Numbered from the stretch's first letter, positions 27,448-36,238 are shown. The stretch is 64,000 bases of DNA from a virus (IMGVR_UViG_3300010429_000981:1-64000); one strand, 5' to 3'. The notes: generated by a model from the sequence alone, not told the origin. Numbers and translations are program-made.

Positions 27448-28097
27448 TGAAAAACTTTATTTATCATGATATTAAAGAAATTGAACAAATTAATTCAGAG
27501 AACGGTAGAAAATATAAATTACCCTCTAAACTAATAGTTCCATCGGTTACTAATGTATGTGGATTATTAGGACGAGAATCTATTAAAGAATGGCGTAATA
27601 AAGTAGGAGAACAAGCGGCTAATAGAATTTCTAACATTGCTTCTAGCAGAGGTACTAGAATTCATACTTTATCAGAAAAATATCTTAAATCAGAGGCGTA
27701 TGATATTGATGATAATGATATTAAAGTATTCAATTCTATGATTCCAGAGTTAAATAAGATAGATAATATTCATGCGCTAGAAACAAGATTATATTCAGAG
27801 AAATTAAAAGTAGCAGGAACAGTAGATATCATTGCTGAATATGATAATCAATTATCTACTATTGATATTAAAACATCATCAAAACCAAAACGTAAAGATT
27901 GGATCAGTAATTATTTTTTCCAAACTGCTTCTTATTCATTTATGTTTACTGAATTAACTGGAATATCAATAAAAAATATGGTAATTATTATTGGAGTAGA
28001 TAATAACAAACCACAAATATTCAGGGAAAAAGTTATTGAATGGTTCCCTGGTTTTATTAATCTTAGAAAACAATTTAGAGAGGAGTATGGATATTGA
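27447..28097 (+). CDS. PD-(D/E)XK exonuclease (Cas4-like phage nuclease)
   Basis: PSVT, RGTRIH, LE, AGTVD, IDIKTS, YFFQ..SY. Confidence 0.85.
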   Translation: MKNFIYHDIKEIEQINSENGRKYKLPSKLIVPSVTNVCGLLGRESIKEWRNKVGEQAANRISNIASSRGTRIHTLSEKYLKSEAYDIDDNDIKVFNSMIPELNKIDNIHALETRLYSEKLKVAGTVDIIAEYDNQLSTIDIKTSSKPKRKDWISNYFFQTASYSFMFTELTGISIKNMVIIIGVDNNKPQIFREKVIEWFPGFINLRKQFREEYGY

Positions 28098-28324
28098 TTT
28101 CTTATAGCACACTTAAAGAACAACTAAATGTTCCAGTAAAAAACATTGAAACATTAGCAAAACAACATAATAAACCATTAGACTATATGCAAAAACAATT
28201 AAAAACAGGTATTGCAGTAGAAAAAGAACATTCTAAAGATCATAATACCGCTGAAAAAATTGCCCTAGCACATTTAGGAGAAAAACATGATTATTATATT
28301 AAATTACGGAAATATGTAGAGTAA
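28094..28324 (+). CDS. Small DUF5661-like protein with a capsid-targeting-like N-terminus
   Basis: QLKTGIAVEKEH...AEKIALAHL.E..DYY.KL; N-terminus MISYSTLKE. Confidence 0.5.
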   Translation: MISYSTLKEQLNVPVKNIETLAKQHNKPLDYMQKQLKTGIAVEKEHSKDHNTAEKIALAHLGEKHDYYIKLRKYVE

Positions 28325-28417
28325 TAAATAGTAGTACACCGCTTACAAAGGAATTATAAACCCCTTATGACTCGCAGATAATCTATAAAGATTATCAATT
28401 CTTAAATAAATCATTAC

Positions 28418-28446
28418 TTGACATTATACATTTTTTATAGTATAAT
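28418..28446 (+). promoter_or_regulatory. Perfect-consensus sigma70 promoter
   Basis: TTGACA-17 nt-TATAAT. Confidence 0.9.
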
Positions 28447-28513
28447 ATTTTCTTCAGTAATGATTATAAAAATCAGTTACATAACAGATTTTTTACAAAC
28501 AGGAGGTAACTCT

Positions 28514-28945
28514 ATGCGTAAACTATTTAGTATATTATTATTATTAAGTATCAGTGACTTATCATTTGCAAAAATAAACAATTCATCTAAAAAACAAATA
28601 GAGTGTTTAGCGCACAATATTTATCACGAAAGTAGAGGAGAACCCTATAAAGGTAGATTATCAGTTGGCATGGTAGTAATGAATAGAACAAAAAGTGGTA
28701 AATATCCAGAGGATGTTTGTTCTGTTATTAATCAAAAAGGACAATTTTCATGGGTAGGTAAAAAGAAAAAAACCAATGATATTGTTGCTTTTAATGATAG
28801 TAAAGAAATAGCGGAATATGTTTATCACAACCATGATAAAATTGATGATCCTACTCATGGTGCTTTATACTTTAATTCGGGTAAAACTAAAAAATGGAAA
28901 CTCAAGAACCTTACTGTAATAGGTAAACATAAATTTTATAAATGA
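28514..28945 (+). CDS. SleB-like cell wall hydrolase (Hydrolase_2) with signal peptide
   Basis: ECLAHNIYHESRGE, VVMNR, QFSW, GALYF, IGKHKFY; RBS AGGAGG before ATG 28514. Confidence 0.85.
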   Translation: MRKLFSILLLLSISDLSFAKINNSSKKQIECLAHNIYHESRGEPYKGRLSVGMVVMNRTKSGKYPEDVCSVINQKGQFSWVGKKKKTNDIVAFNDSKEIAEYVYHNHDKIDDPTHGALYFNSGKTKKWKLKNLTVIGKHKFYK

Positions 28946-28957
28946 GGGATATGTTAT

Positions 28958-29539
28958 ATGAATCTAGCAATACCAGTACAGCCCATTATTCAACATCAGA
29001 ATTATATTAATAGTGTAGATAAGTATTCAAAAAAATATAATATTTTTCTGGATTCTGATATTGGAGAACCCTCTGATTATAGAGATTTTTTAACTATTTT
29101 ATTTAACAGTTCTAATGTTGATGAGATTCATATTTACATTAATTGTTTTGGTGGTAATTTAGATACTACTTTATCATTAGTAGAGGGTATTAAATCATCC
29201 CCTGCTAAAGTAACTGCAATATTAATGGGTCCATGTCATTCTGCTGCCTCTATTATCGCTCTAAATTGCGATGAAATTGTAATTTTAGATAATGCCTATG
29301 CCATGATTCATACTGCTTCTATGGGTTATTCTGGTAATGTTGGTAATATTAAAAGTCATACCGATTTTGCTGTTAATCAAATAGAAAAATTAATAACCTC
29401 TACTTATGAAGGTTTTCTTACCCCAGAAGAATTAGATAAAGTAAAATCTGGTTCTGAACTTTGGTTTAATGCTAAAGAACTTAGAAAACGTATCAAAAAT
29501 AAATATAAACTATTAAAGAAGCAAAGCAAAAATGTATAA
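28958..29539 (+). CDS. clpP: ClpP-like (S14) serine protease
   Basis: IYINCFGG, CHSAAS (catalytic Ser), MIH, ELW. Confidence 0.75.
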   Translation: MNLAIPVQPIIQHQNYINSVDKYSKKYNIFLDSDIGEPSDYRDFLTILFNSSNVDEIHIYINCFGGNLDTTLSLVEGIKSSPAKVTAILMGPCHSAASIIALNCDEIVILDNAYAMIHTASMGYSGNVGNIKSHTDFAVNQIEKLITSTYEGFLTPEELDKVKSGSELWFNAKELRKRIKNKYKLLKKQSKNV

Positions 29540-29786
29540 TGTCTATAATTGCAATTTATTAATCTATAAAGAAAAAGATTTAAGTAAACTATATTCTTTA
29601 TTAAAACCATTATCAAATTTTATGGTTATTAATTACAAATGGAATGGTGGCAAAATTATTAAGGAAAATGGAATAATTCGTTATGAATATTTTGATGAAC
29701 AAACTATTCTTCCATTAGATGCCACATTAATTATTTGCGTATTAAATGCTTATAAAAAACGCAAATTAGAAAATATCAATAAGTAA
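29532..29786 (+). CDS. Hypothetical protein
   Basis: 84 aa ORF overlapping the previous stop. Confidence 0.35.
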   Translation: MYNVYNCNLLIYKEKDLSKLYSLLKPLSNFMVINYKWNGGKIIKENGIIRYEYFDEQTILPLDATLIICVLNAYKKRKLENINK

Positions 29787-29856
29787 TTCTGTTTATTGAT
29801 ATTAGTAGTAAGTGAAATCTATATTATATAATTAAACAAAAACCGAGGAAAATCTT

Positions 29857-30438
29857 ATGATTAAACATCTAGTATTAACTACAGCACTAATTTCCACACC
29901 TATCTATGCCAATATTTTTACTGGCGCAGATTATACTTATTATAGTGGTGTTGGGAAAAACTCTGCCTACAGTGCTAATGCTTATTCACTCAATTTTGGT
30001 GGAAAAGTGTATGATTCTAAACTTGATTCAGTAACTCTCGATCTTAGAACTGAATATCAAGATATTACTGATACCGATACATCAGTAAACCAATTAGAAG
30101 GTGGAGCATCTTATCTCTATAATCTTAATTCTGATTGGGGAATTGGTGGCAGAATTGGTCTAGGTAATAATTGGGTATCCAATATTACTAAAACTGATTT
30201 TCAATATTACTCAGTACAACCAGAAGTTAAATATTATCCATCAAAGGATTCTTCTGTAGGAGTCGCCTATAGATTCCGTGATAGTTTTGATACAGAGGAT
30301 AATTATCAAACAAACGCCTTTAGATTAAATGGCGAATATGCTTTCGATAATCATAACTCTATTGTTGGTGGATACGACTACAGCATTGGAGATGTGGAGT
30401 ATAATGCCTTCAAAGTAGGCTATCTAGCACGTTTCTAA
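29857..30438 (+). CDS. Outer-membrane beta-barrel protein
   Basis: Sec signal peptide (PIYA), about 10 amphipathic strands, and BAM-type C-terminus KVGYLARF. Confidence 0.75.
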   Translation: MIKHLVLTTALISTPIYANIFTGADYTYYSGVGKNSAYSANAYSLNFGGKVYDSKLDSVTLDLRTEYQDITDTDTSVNQLEGGASYLYNLNSDWGIGGRIGLGNNWVSNITKTDFQYYSVQPEVKYYPSKDSSVGVAYRFRDSFDTEDNYQTNAFRLNGEYAFDNHNSIVGGYDYSIGDVEYNAFKVGYLARF

Positions 30439-30495
30439 TATAAAAAATAGGGATATTTGGTACAAGGATGTATCTTTTCTTTTGTCTCATAAATA

Positions 30496-30555
30496 CCACA
30501 AAAATATCTGTTGACTAGGGTTCATATTTATTTTATAATATCTTTACTGAATCAA
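30496..30555 (+). promoter_or_regulatory. Repeated early-promoter cassette, copy 1
   Basis: TTGACT (30511)-17 nt-TATAAT (30534) within an about 60 nt repeat ending ATCTTTACTGAATCAA. Confidence 0.85.
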
Positions 30556-30571
30556 GCAACGGGACATTATA

Positions 30572-30757
30572 ATGAGTAAAATTTCAATTAGTAAAAATGA
30601 GTGGTACCCAGTTTATACATTGGATACTGAACCCGCTTCATATGAAAAACAAATAGAAGTTTCTGCCGAATTAATCGAGGAATATTCTTCCGTTTTAGAA
30701 CACTTTAATGAATTACAACAAACAATCAAATCTTTATTTAACGAATTTTATACTTAA
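30572..30757 (+). CDS. Small early hypothetical protein
   Basis: 61 aa directly after promoter copy 1. Confidence 0.5.
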   Translation: MSKISISKNEWYPVYTLDTEPASYEKQIEVSAELIEEYSSVLEHFNELQQTIKSLFNEFYT

Positions 30758-30779
30758 CTTTTAATAATAATATCAATTA

Positions 30780-30825
30780 GTTGACTAAGGTTCGTATTTA
30801 TTCTATAATATCTTTACTGAATCAA
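30780..30825 (+). promoter_or_regulatory. Repeated early-promoter cassette, copy 2
   Basis: TTGACT (30781)-17 nt-TATAAT (30804); near-identical to copies 1 and 3. Confidence 0.85.
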
Positions 30826-30840
30826 AAAACGGATACCTAC

Positions 30841-31047
30841 ATGAAAATTTACTTCAAGGTTAATACAACTATTGAATCTGAAGATATTACTGATGCATTG
30901 GAAAAAATAGGTAATTATTTTTTATCTTATAGTTCTAATCTGAAGTTAGATACAGATGAAACCCCAGAAAATATTTTTAACACTGGCTCTTTCATAATTA
31001 GTGCCGAAGATAAATCTCAAAATTTTGTTATTGACTATACGGTATGA
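30841..31047 (+). CDS. Small early hypothetical protein
   Basis: Start moved to ATG 30841 because the TTG at 30781 is the -35 box. Confidence 0.5.
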   Translation: MKIYFKVNTTIESEDITDALEKIGNYFLSYSSNLKLDTDETPENIFNTGSFIISAEDKSQNFVIDYTV

Positions 31048-31304
31048 ATATGCAAAAATCTATCAAAATCACCCGTACACATATTACTATTAAAACCCCA
31101 ATTTGGGAACTAACCTCTGGTATTAATTGGAGTGGCTTTATGATTTTTCGTAATACTGGAAATGGTTGGTACGCACATAACAACACTTTTTATTGGATCA
31201 GATTTAATTCTTTAGATGGATATGGAATTACACCCAAAACCTTGGCTAATATTATACGGTATATGGATCATTTTTATAAAACAGAATTAATCGGCAAAGT
31301 ATGA
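31044..31304 (+). CDS. Hypothetical protein
   Basis: 86 aa with ATGA overlaps at both ends. Confidence 0.45.
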   Translation: MNMQKSIKITRTHITIKTPIWELTSGINWSGFMIFRNTGNGWYAHNNTFYWIRFNSLDGYGITPKTLANIIRYMDHFYKTELIGKV

Positions 31305-31354
31305 ATACCTTCTTTACATCAGATCCTCATTTTTTCCACAAAAATATCTGTTGA
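31301..31354 (+). pseudogene. Truncated 5' duplicate of the 31588 phosphoesterase, fused to promoter cassette copy 3
   Basis: MNTFFTSDPHFFHKNIC* versus MNIFFTSDTHFFHKNII in the intact gene. Confidence 0.75.
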
Positions 31355-31395
31355 CTAGGGTTCGTATTTATTCTATAATATCTTTACTGAATCAA
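31336..31395 (+). promoter_or_regulatory. Repeated early-promoter cassette, copy 3
   Basis: TTGACT (31351)-17 nt-TATAAT (31374). Confidence 0.85.
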
Positions 31396-31413
31396 ATAAT
31401 GGTCATCAAATAA

Positions 31414-31581
31414 ATGATAAACCCTACTGTTTTATATCCTTCTGTTTTATATGTTGTGTTGGACGATAGAGATGTATCTGTTATTGGTGTATATTCGGAT
31501 AAACATGCCGCCCGTAAAATGTGTGAACAATCTCCTCATTATTCTATAGATGAATCCTTTATTAACGAAATAGAACTATAA
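31414..31581 (+). CDS. Small hypothetical protein (55 aa), not in the ORF track
   Basis: MNNPTVLYPSVLYVVLDD...VIGVYSDKHAA...; follows promoter copy 3. Confidence 0.45.
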   Translation: MINPTVLYPSVLYVVLDDRDVSVIGVYSDKHAARKMCEQSPHYSIDESFINEIEL

Positions 31582-31587
31582 AATAGA

Positions 31588-32115
31588 ATGAATATATTCT
31601 TTACATCGGATACACATTTTTTTCATAAAAACATCATTAAATATTCTTCTAATAGAAGTCATTTTTCTGATGTAGAAGAAATGAATGAATCTATTATCGA
31701 ACAATGGAATGATACAATTAATAATGATGATGTTGTTTATCATCTAGGTGATTTTGCTTTTAGTAATGCCGAAAAGGCTACCAATATCGCTAAAAGATTA
31801 AATGGAAAAATTTATCTAATACCTGGGAACCATGACCATAAGTTAATTAAGTCAATTGATTTCTGTAATTGTTTTGAAGAAATATTACCAAAATATTATG
31901 AACTAAAGATCGGTAAACAATTTATCATTTTATGCCATTATCCTATTTTTAGATGGAATGGCATGGAATATGATTCACTACATTTTCATGGACATACTCA
32001 TGGAACCTTACCAACTTATCACAAAAATGCTATAGACGTTGGAATAGATGCTAATCCTTATGGTAGTATGGCACCATGGGAATATTCGGAAATTATCTCC
32101 CATATTACCTCATAA
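31588..32115 (+). CDS. Calcineurin-like metallophosphoesterase
   Basis: SDTH, HLGD, GNHD, CHYP, HGHTH. Confidence 0.9.
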   Translation: MNIFFTSDTHFFHKNIIKYSSNRSHFSDVEEMNESIIEQWNDTINNDDVVYHLGDFAFSNAEKATNIAKRLNGKIYLIPGNHDHKLIKSIDFCNCFEEILPKYYELKIGKQFIILCHYPIFRWNGMEYDSLHFHGHTHGTLPTYHKNAIDVGIDANPYGSMAPWEYSEIISHITS

Positions 32116-32126
32116 AAATATTTTAT

Positions 32127-32155
32127 TAGACATTTATTACCAATAATAGTATACT
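32127..32155 (+). promoter_or_regulatory. Sigma70-type early promoter
   Basis: TAGACA-17 nt-TATACT. Confidence 0.6.
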
Positions 32156-32166
32156 TGATTCACAAA

Positions 32167-32499
32167 ATGGAAAAAAGAATGGAAAAGATCAAGCCAATTA
32201 TCGAGTTGCTCTACTATGACTACCCCCAAGTTTTTATAGGGCGCAATATTGAGGATCAAAATTATTGCTGTATGGTAATTACCGAGAATGAGTTTGGTCC
32301 ACAATATCTCTGTACTCCAATATCAGATCAACGAACTCAGAGGATTTCAGATGGGTATATTGATTTACGAGATGTTTATGAGTACCCAGAGGTGAATTAT
32401 TTTTATTTGGCAAGTTATAACGAAGAAGACGAAGAATCAATATCTCTAATTCTACAAGACTATACATCATGTCCTGAAGAATTTTTACCAAATTCATAA
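32167..32499 (+). CDS. Acidic hypothetical protein (DUF6575-like)
   Basis: LLYYDYPQVFI...Y...PIS..R...I..G.IDLR..Y...EFLP; start moved downstream of the -10 box. Confidence 0.45.
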   Translation: MEKRMEKIKPIIELLYYDYPQVFIGRNIEDQNYCCMVITENEFGPQYLCTPISDQRTQRISDGYIDLRDVYEYPEVNYFYLASYNEEDEESISLILQDYTSCPEEFLPNS

Positions 32500-32521
32500 A
32501 ATTACACAAAGAGAAAAAAAA

Positions 32522-32821
32522 ATGACCATTTCAGAAATGATTAGCGTATTAATTGCCCATAAAAGTGGTAAACCTATTGAAACTAGGGTGAAGGGTGGTA
32601 ATGGTAATGGTGCTTGGGTTGGTGTATCAGAACCTCTATTTAATTTTGAAAAACAAGAATATAGAGTTAGACCAAATTATCTAAATTATAGAGTAGGAGT
32701 AAATAAAGTAAATAATATTTATGTTGTGTTTATAATAACAGAATTGAGCGAAGAACAAGTGGCAGAAAACAATCGTAGTTTTTTACGTTGGGAAACAGAA
32801 TGGAGAACCATAAATGAGTAA
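32522..32821 (+). CDS. Hypothetical protein
   Basis: IAHKSGKPIE...W...P.FNF....YRV phage motif. Confidence 0.45.
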   Translation: MTISEMISVLIAHKSGKPIETRVKGGNGNGAWVGVSEPLFNFEKQEYRVRPNYLNYRVGVNKVNNIYVVFIITELSEEQVAENNRSFLRWETEWRTINE

Positions 32822-33068
32822 TGTTCCAAAATTTACAGTATTAAAAGATGAAGATGATTTTGTTATTGAGATTAATAGTGGAAAATATAAAGATGTCTAC
32901 TATTCCTATAAGAATATCGATCTAGTAGAAAATGATCTATCCTATGATTTAGAAGTATTTAATGATAATGGTTTTATTAATGATAAGAGATTCCTCAATA
33001 TTACTAAAAAAATTATGATGGAAATTCTAAACAAATTTATGGAAAATAGGGATACTATTAATGGTTAA
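32814..33068 (+). CDS. Hypothetical protein
   Basis: IEINSGKYKDVYYSY pattern seen in T4-like phages. Confidence 0.45.
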   Translation: MSNVPKFTVLKDEDDFVIEINSGKYKDVYYSYKNIDLVENDLSYDLEVFNDNGFINDKRFLNITKKIMMEILNKFMENRDTING

Positions 33069-33387
33069 TATCACATTTGAAAAATTTAAGGTAATTGTTA
33101 CTAGATTATACAAATTAAATCTAAGTACAGAACAATATCTAAAAGCATTAGGAGAGATTGACCCCGATTTAGAAGATCATTTTACAGAAAGTAAGCCAGT
33201 AAACAATTTATATCTAATGAATGATATTTTAATGATACAATGTTTTGGTGATTTATCAGATGTTGTTAATTGGTTATTTTATGATTTTCAAGATGGTGAA
33301 ACAAATATTCTACATCATGAAAACGATGTCTATTATATCAACAACCTAGACGAATATTTTAATACAATTAAAGAGATTTATTATTAA
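33061..33387 (+). CDS. Hypothetical protein
   Basis: 108 aa ORF overlapping its neighbours. Confidence 0.4.
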   Translation: MVNITFEKFKVIVTRLYKLNLSTEQYLKALGEIDPDLEDHFTESKPVNNLYLMNDILMIQCFGDLSDVVNWLFYDFQDGETNILHHENDVYYINNLDEYFNTIKEIYY

Positions 33388-33388
33388 T

Positions 33389-34510
33389 ATGTTAAACGTG
33401 CAGCAATTTCTGGTTGATAATTCTGTAGAAGAATTAGTAAAGCAATATAATATTAAAGTTAGGGATTATCCTGAAGATAATATTTTAATGTTGAATTATG
33501 ATATGATTGATTCTCCTAAGACGCATCCTATTACTATGGAATGTCGTTCTCTAATTTTAGATAGAACTAATTACAATATTATCTCTAAGAAATTTGATCG
33601 TTTTTTTAATCTAGGTGAGAATCCAGAATCTTATCTTGATTTTGATTGGGATAATTGTTATATCACTGAAAAGGTAGATGGCAGTTTAACAGGGGTATAT
33701 TATAATCCTAATACCGCTAGATTTGAAATTAGTTCTCGTTCTCAGGCAAAAGCTGAATTAGATCATGAAGTATTTGGTAATTGGCGAGAAGTTATAATCT
33801 CTACTTTTGGATTTAATTCTGAGGAAGAGTTTCAGGAATTTTTTAATGAAATAAGAAATTCAAAAGATATCACCTTTATTTTTGAATTTATTTCTCCACT
33901 TAATCGAATTGTTACTCCTTATTCAGAACCTAAGATGGTATTTCTGGGTGGAACTTTTACTGATAATGAACCATTATCTAAATATGATATGGGTTTTTTC
34001 ATGGAGAATTATTTCAATAAAATTAATGTAAGATTACCAGAATTTTATGATATTCCCCATGATACCGATGCCTTAATTAAATTGGCTAATACGCTTCCTA
34101 ATCTTCAGGAAGGATTTGTATTATGGGACGAACATACAAATAAAAGAATTAAGTTAAAATCTACTGCTTATTTAGTAGCACATAGAATGCGTGGGGAAGA
34201 CAGCAAACCTACTAGAAAGAATATTCTTAATCTTATTTTTACCGGAGAAGTTGATGAGTTTCTAGTGTACTTCCCTGAATATAAGGAATTCTTTGATAAA
34301 GAAAATGATAATATCAATGATCTTAATCAAAATCTTAATTCATTATGGCAATCAGTAAAACATATTGAGGATCAAAAGGAATTTGCCCTAAAAATTAAGG
34401 ATAATGATTTATCATCAATTTTATTCATGGCTAAGAAACAAGGTATTCATCCTATTCAGGTATTTCATAATTTACCAGCAGATAAAAAAATAAGGTATTT
34501 CAATGTATAA
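33389..34510 (+). CDS. rnlA: RNA ligase 1 (T4 RnlA-like)
   Basis: ECRSLI, KFDRFFNLGE, EKVDGSL (motif I), FEF, QEGFVL, RIKLKS..Y. Confidence 0.9.
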   Translation: MLNVQQFLVDNSVEELVKQYNIKVRDYPEDNILMLNYDMIDSPKTHPITMECRSLILDRTNYNIISKKFDRFFNLGENPESYLDFDWDNCYITEKVDGSLTGVYYNPNTARFEISSRSQAKAELDHEVFGNWREVIISTFGFNSEEEFQEFFNEIRNSKDITFIFEFISPLNRIVTPYSEPKMVFLGGTFTDNEPLSKYDMGFFMENYFNKINVRLPEFYDIPHDTDALIKLANTLPNLQEGFVLWDEHTNKRIKLKSTAYLVAHRMRGEDSKPTRKNILNLIFTGEVDEFLVYFPEYKEFFDKENDNINDLNQNLNSLWQSVKHIEDQKEFALKIKDNDLSSILFMAKKQGIHPIQVFHNLPADKKIRYFNV

Positions 34511-34748
34511 AATTTATAACCCCGTTACCAATAATTATGCGAAAGGGGGAATAGATGACTTATGGACCAAGCACGGAAAAATTTGGCCAACAATAAATAA
34601 TTTGAAATTACATTTGAGTGTTGTTAAATCATATCCGTATACTAATAGATACCAAAAATATATTACTCATGGTTGTATGGTTATTAATGTCTTGACAGAT
34701 GAAGAATTTCCTATTAAACTACTCATTGATAACCCAGAGAACTTTTAA
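34503..34748 (+). CDS. Small tandem paralog 1 of 3
   Basis: MY.IYNP.T..Y..GG...W.K.GK.W/F...LK.HL...VINVLT.EEFP.KLLIDNPENF. Confidence 0.7.
   Translation: MYKIYNPVTNNYAKGGIDDLWTKHGKIWPTINNLKLHLSVVKSYPYTNRYQKYITHGCMVINVLTDEEFPIKLLIDNPENF
34692..34720 (+). promoter_or_regulatory. Sigma70-like promoter embedded in the 3' end of paralog 1; repeated at 34949-34977 and 35194-35222
   Basis: TTGACA-17 nt-TAAACT in all three copies. Confidence 0.6.
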
Positions 34749-34750
34749 TT

Positions 34751-35005
34751 ATGTATAGAATTTATAACCCTGTAACAAATAAATATTCCAAGGGTGGTAG
34801 CAGCATATGGTCATTATGGAGTAAAAATGGAAAAGTTTGGGCTACCATGGGAAACCTAAAATTACACTTGACTATGATAAAAGACAAATATTATAATAGA
34901 CCCACATTAGATAATTATTTACAGGATAATTGTGTGGTTATTAATGTCTTGACAAATGAAGAATTTCCTGTTAAACTACTTATTGATAACCCAGAGAATT
35001 TTTAA
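34751..35005 (+). CDS. Small tandem paralog 2 of 3
   Basis: Same pattern as paralog 1. Confidence 0.7.
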   Translation: MYRIYNPVTNKYSKGGSSIWSLWSKNGKVWATMGNLKLHLTMIKDKYYNRPTLDNYLQDNCVVINVLTNEEFPVKLLIDNPENF

Positions 35006-35007
35006 TT

Positions 35008-35250
35008 ATGTACAGAATTTATAATCCAATAACTAAGTTATATGCCAATGGCGGTGTATATAATGATTGGTCTAAAAATGGAAAAGTTTTTACAACTATG
35101 GGAAGTCTAAAAAAACATTTAACTTCGATTAAAAAATATTCATATAGTAAAATTGAAAGATATATTAGTGATGAATGTAAGGTTATTAATGTCTTGACAA
35201 ATGAAGAATTTCCTGTTAAACTACTCATTGATAACCCAGAGAACTTTTAA
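35008..35250 (+). CDS. Small tandem paralog 3 of 3
   Basis: Same pattern as paralog 1. Confidence 0.7.
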   Translation: MYRIYNPITKLYANGGVYNDWSKNGKVFTTMGSLKKHLTSIKKYSYSKIERYISDECKVINVLTNEEFPVKLLIDNPENF

Positions 35251-36014
35251 TGATTACTAATAATCGTTATACCAACCCTAAGGTAAGATTATTGAGTGAT
35301 TTACACATGGAAGGGGGTCGATTTAACTATGAATATCTGGGCGAAGATATAGTAATTCTTGCTGGCGATATTCATACTCGCGGAAGACACGGTGAACTAT
35401 TAGACCAAATACCTAAAAATGTTCAAATTTTAATGGTAGCAGGTAATCATGAGTTCTATCATTCTGAATTCAAATATGTAACTCAATGTCTAAAATCATT
35501 AGAAGATGAGTATGAAAATCTTAAATTTCTAAACAATGAAACTTTTGTCTATAATGATATTTATTTTTATGGCGGAACTATGTTTAGCGATTTTCTACTC
35601 TATAAACTACCTATGCAAAAAACGTGTGAATTGGTAGCAGAAAAAGGTATAAATGATTTTAGGATTATTTATGGCTACTGGGATATTAAACAACATAAAG
35701 AACAACATAAAGTGTTTAGTAAAGGATTAAAGAAATTTCAGAAGTTAGCGGGTAATAATAAGCAGGTAGTCATTAGTCACTTTTGCCCTTCTCCTGGTAG
35801 TATTGATTCAAGATATGGTAATGATCCATTAAATGCATATTTTACCAGTGATATGGAAAAGTATATGGGGTTTAATGGTTATTGGTTTCATGGACACACG
35901 CATTCAAGTTTCTATTATTCCAGAGGAGATACTAAAGTTATTTGTAATCCTAAAGGTTATGGAACTGAGAATAAAGAATTTGATCCTAATATGATTATTG
36001 AATTGGTATTTTGA
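35250..36014 (+). CDS. Second calcineurin-like metallophosphoesterase
   Basis: SDLH, AGD, GNHE, SH..P, HGHTH. Confidence 0.9.
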   Translation: MITNNRYTNPKVRLLSDLHMEGGRFNYEYLGEDIVILAGDIHTRGRHGELLDQIPKNVQILMVAGNHEFYHSEFKYVTQCLKSLEDEYENLKFLNNETFVYNDIYFYGGTMFSDFLLYKLPMQKTCELVAEKGINDFRIIYGYWDIKQHKEQHKVFSKGLKKFQKLAGNNKQVVISHFCPSPGSIDSRYGNDPLNAYFTSDMEKYMGFNGYWFHGHTHSSFYYSRGDTKVICNPKGYGTENKEFDPNMIIELVF

Positions 36015-36238
36015 TGTTAGAATATTATCCTATCATTGAATTACCCACTAAAAAAATAGCAGCACTTATTATCTATAATAATACTGATGCTAGTGATGAT
36101 CAGTATACTTCTGCTAACGATAATAATTATGAATTAGAAATTATTTCAACACCCCAGGAAACAAATGCTCTATATGAATTATGGGTAAATGCCACCAACA
36201 ATGAAAATGTAATAACTGGAACTTTTGGAAAAAAATAA
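36011..36238 (+). CDS. Hypothetical protein
   Basis: 75 aa ORF overlapping the previous stop. Confidence 0.35.
   Translation: MMLEYYPIIELPTKKIAALIIYNNTDASDDQYTSANDNNYELEIISTPQETNALYELWVNATNNENVITGTFGKK

Noticed and set aside
27447..28097. Cas4-like nuclease as evidence of a CRISPR system
   Set aside because: It is the common stand-alone T4-like PD-(D/E)XK exonuclease, lacks the Cas4 Cys cluster, and has no array nearby.
28377..28396. Hairpin GATAATC-TATAAA-GATTATC as a terminator or ncRNA
   Set aside because: AT-rich weak stem without a clear U-tract; insufficient support.
28418..32166. TTG starts at 28418, 30781 and 32155 in the ORF track
   Set aside because: They coincide with promoter -35 or -10 boxes; downstream ATGs (28514, 30841, 32167) are the better starts.
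30496..35250. Repeats with intervening unique sequence as a possible CRISPR or mini-array
   Set aside because: Only three copies each, with 200-500 nt protein-coding intervals and promoter consensus inside the repeats; not repeat-spacer geometry, and no cas operon.
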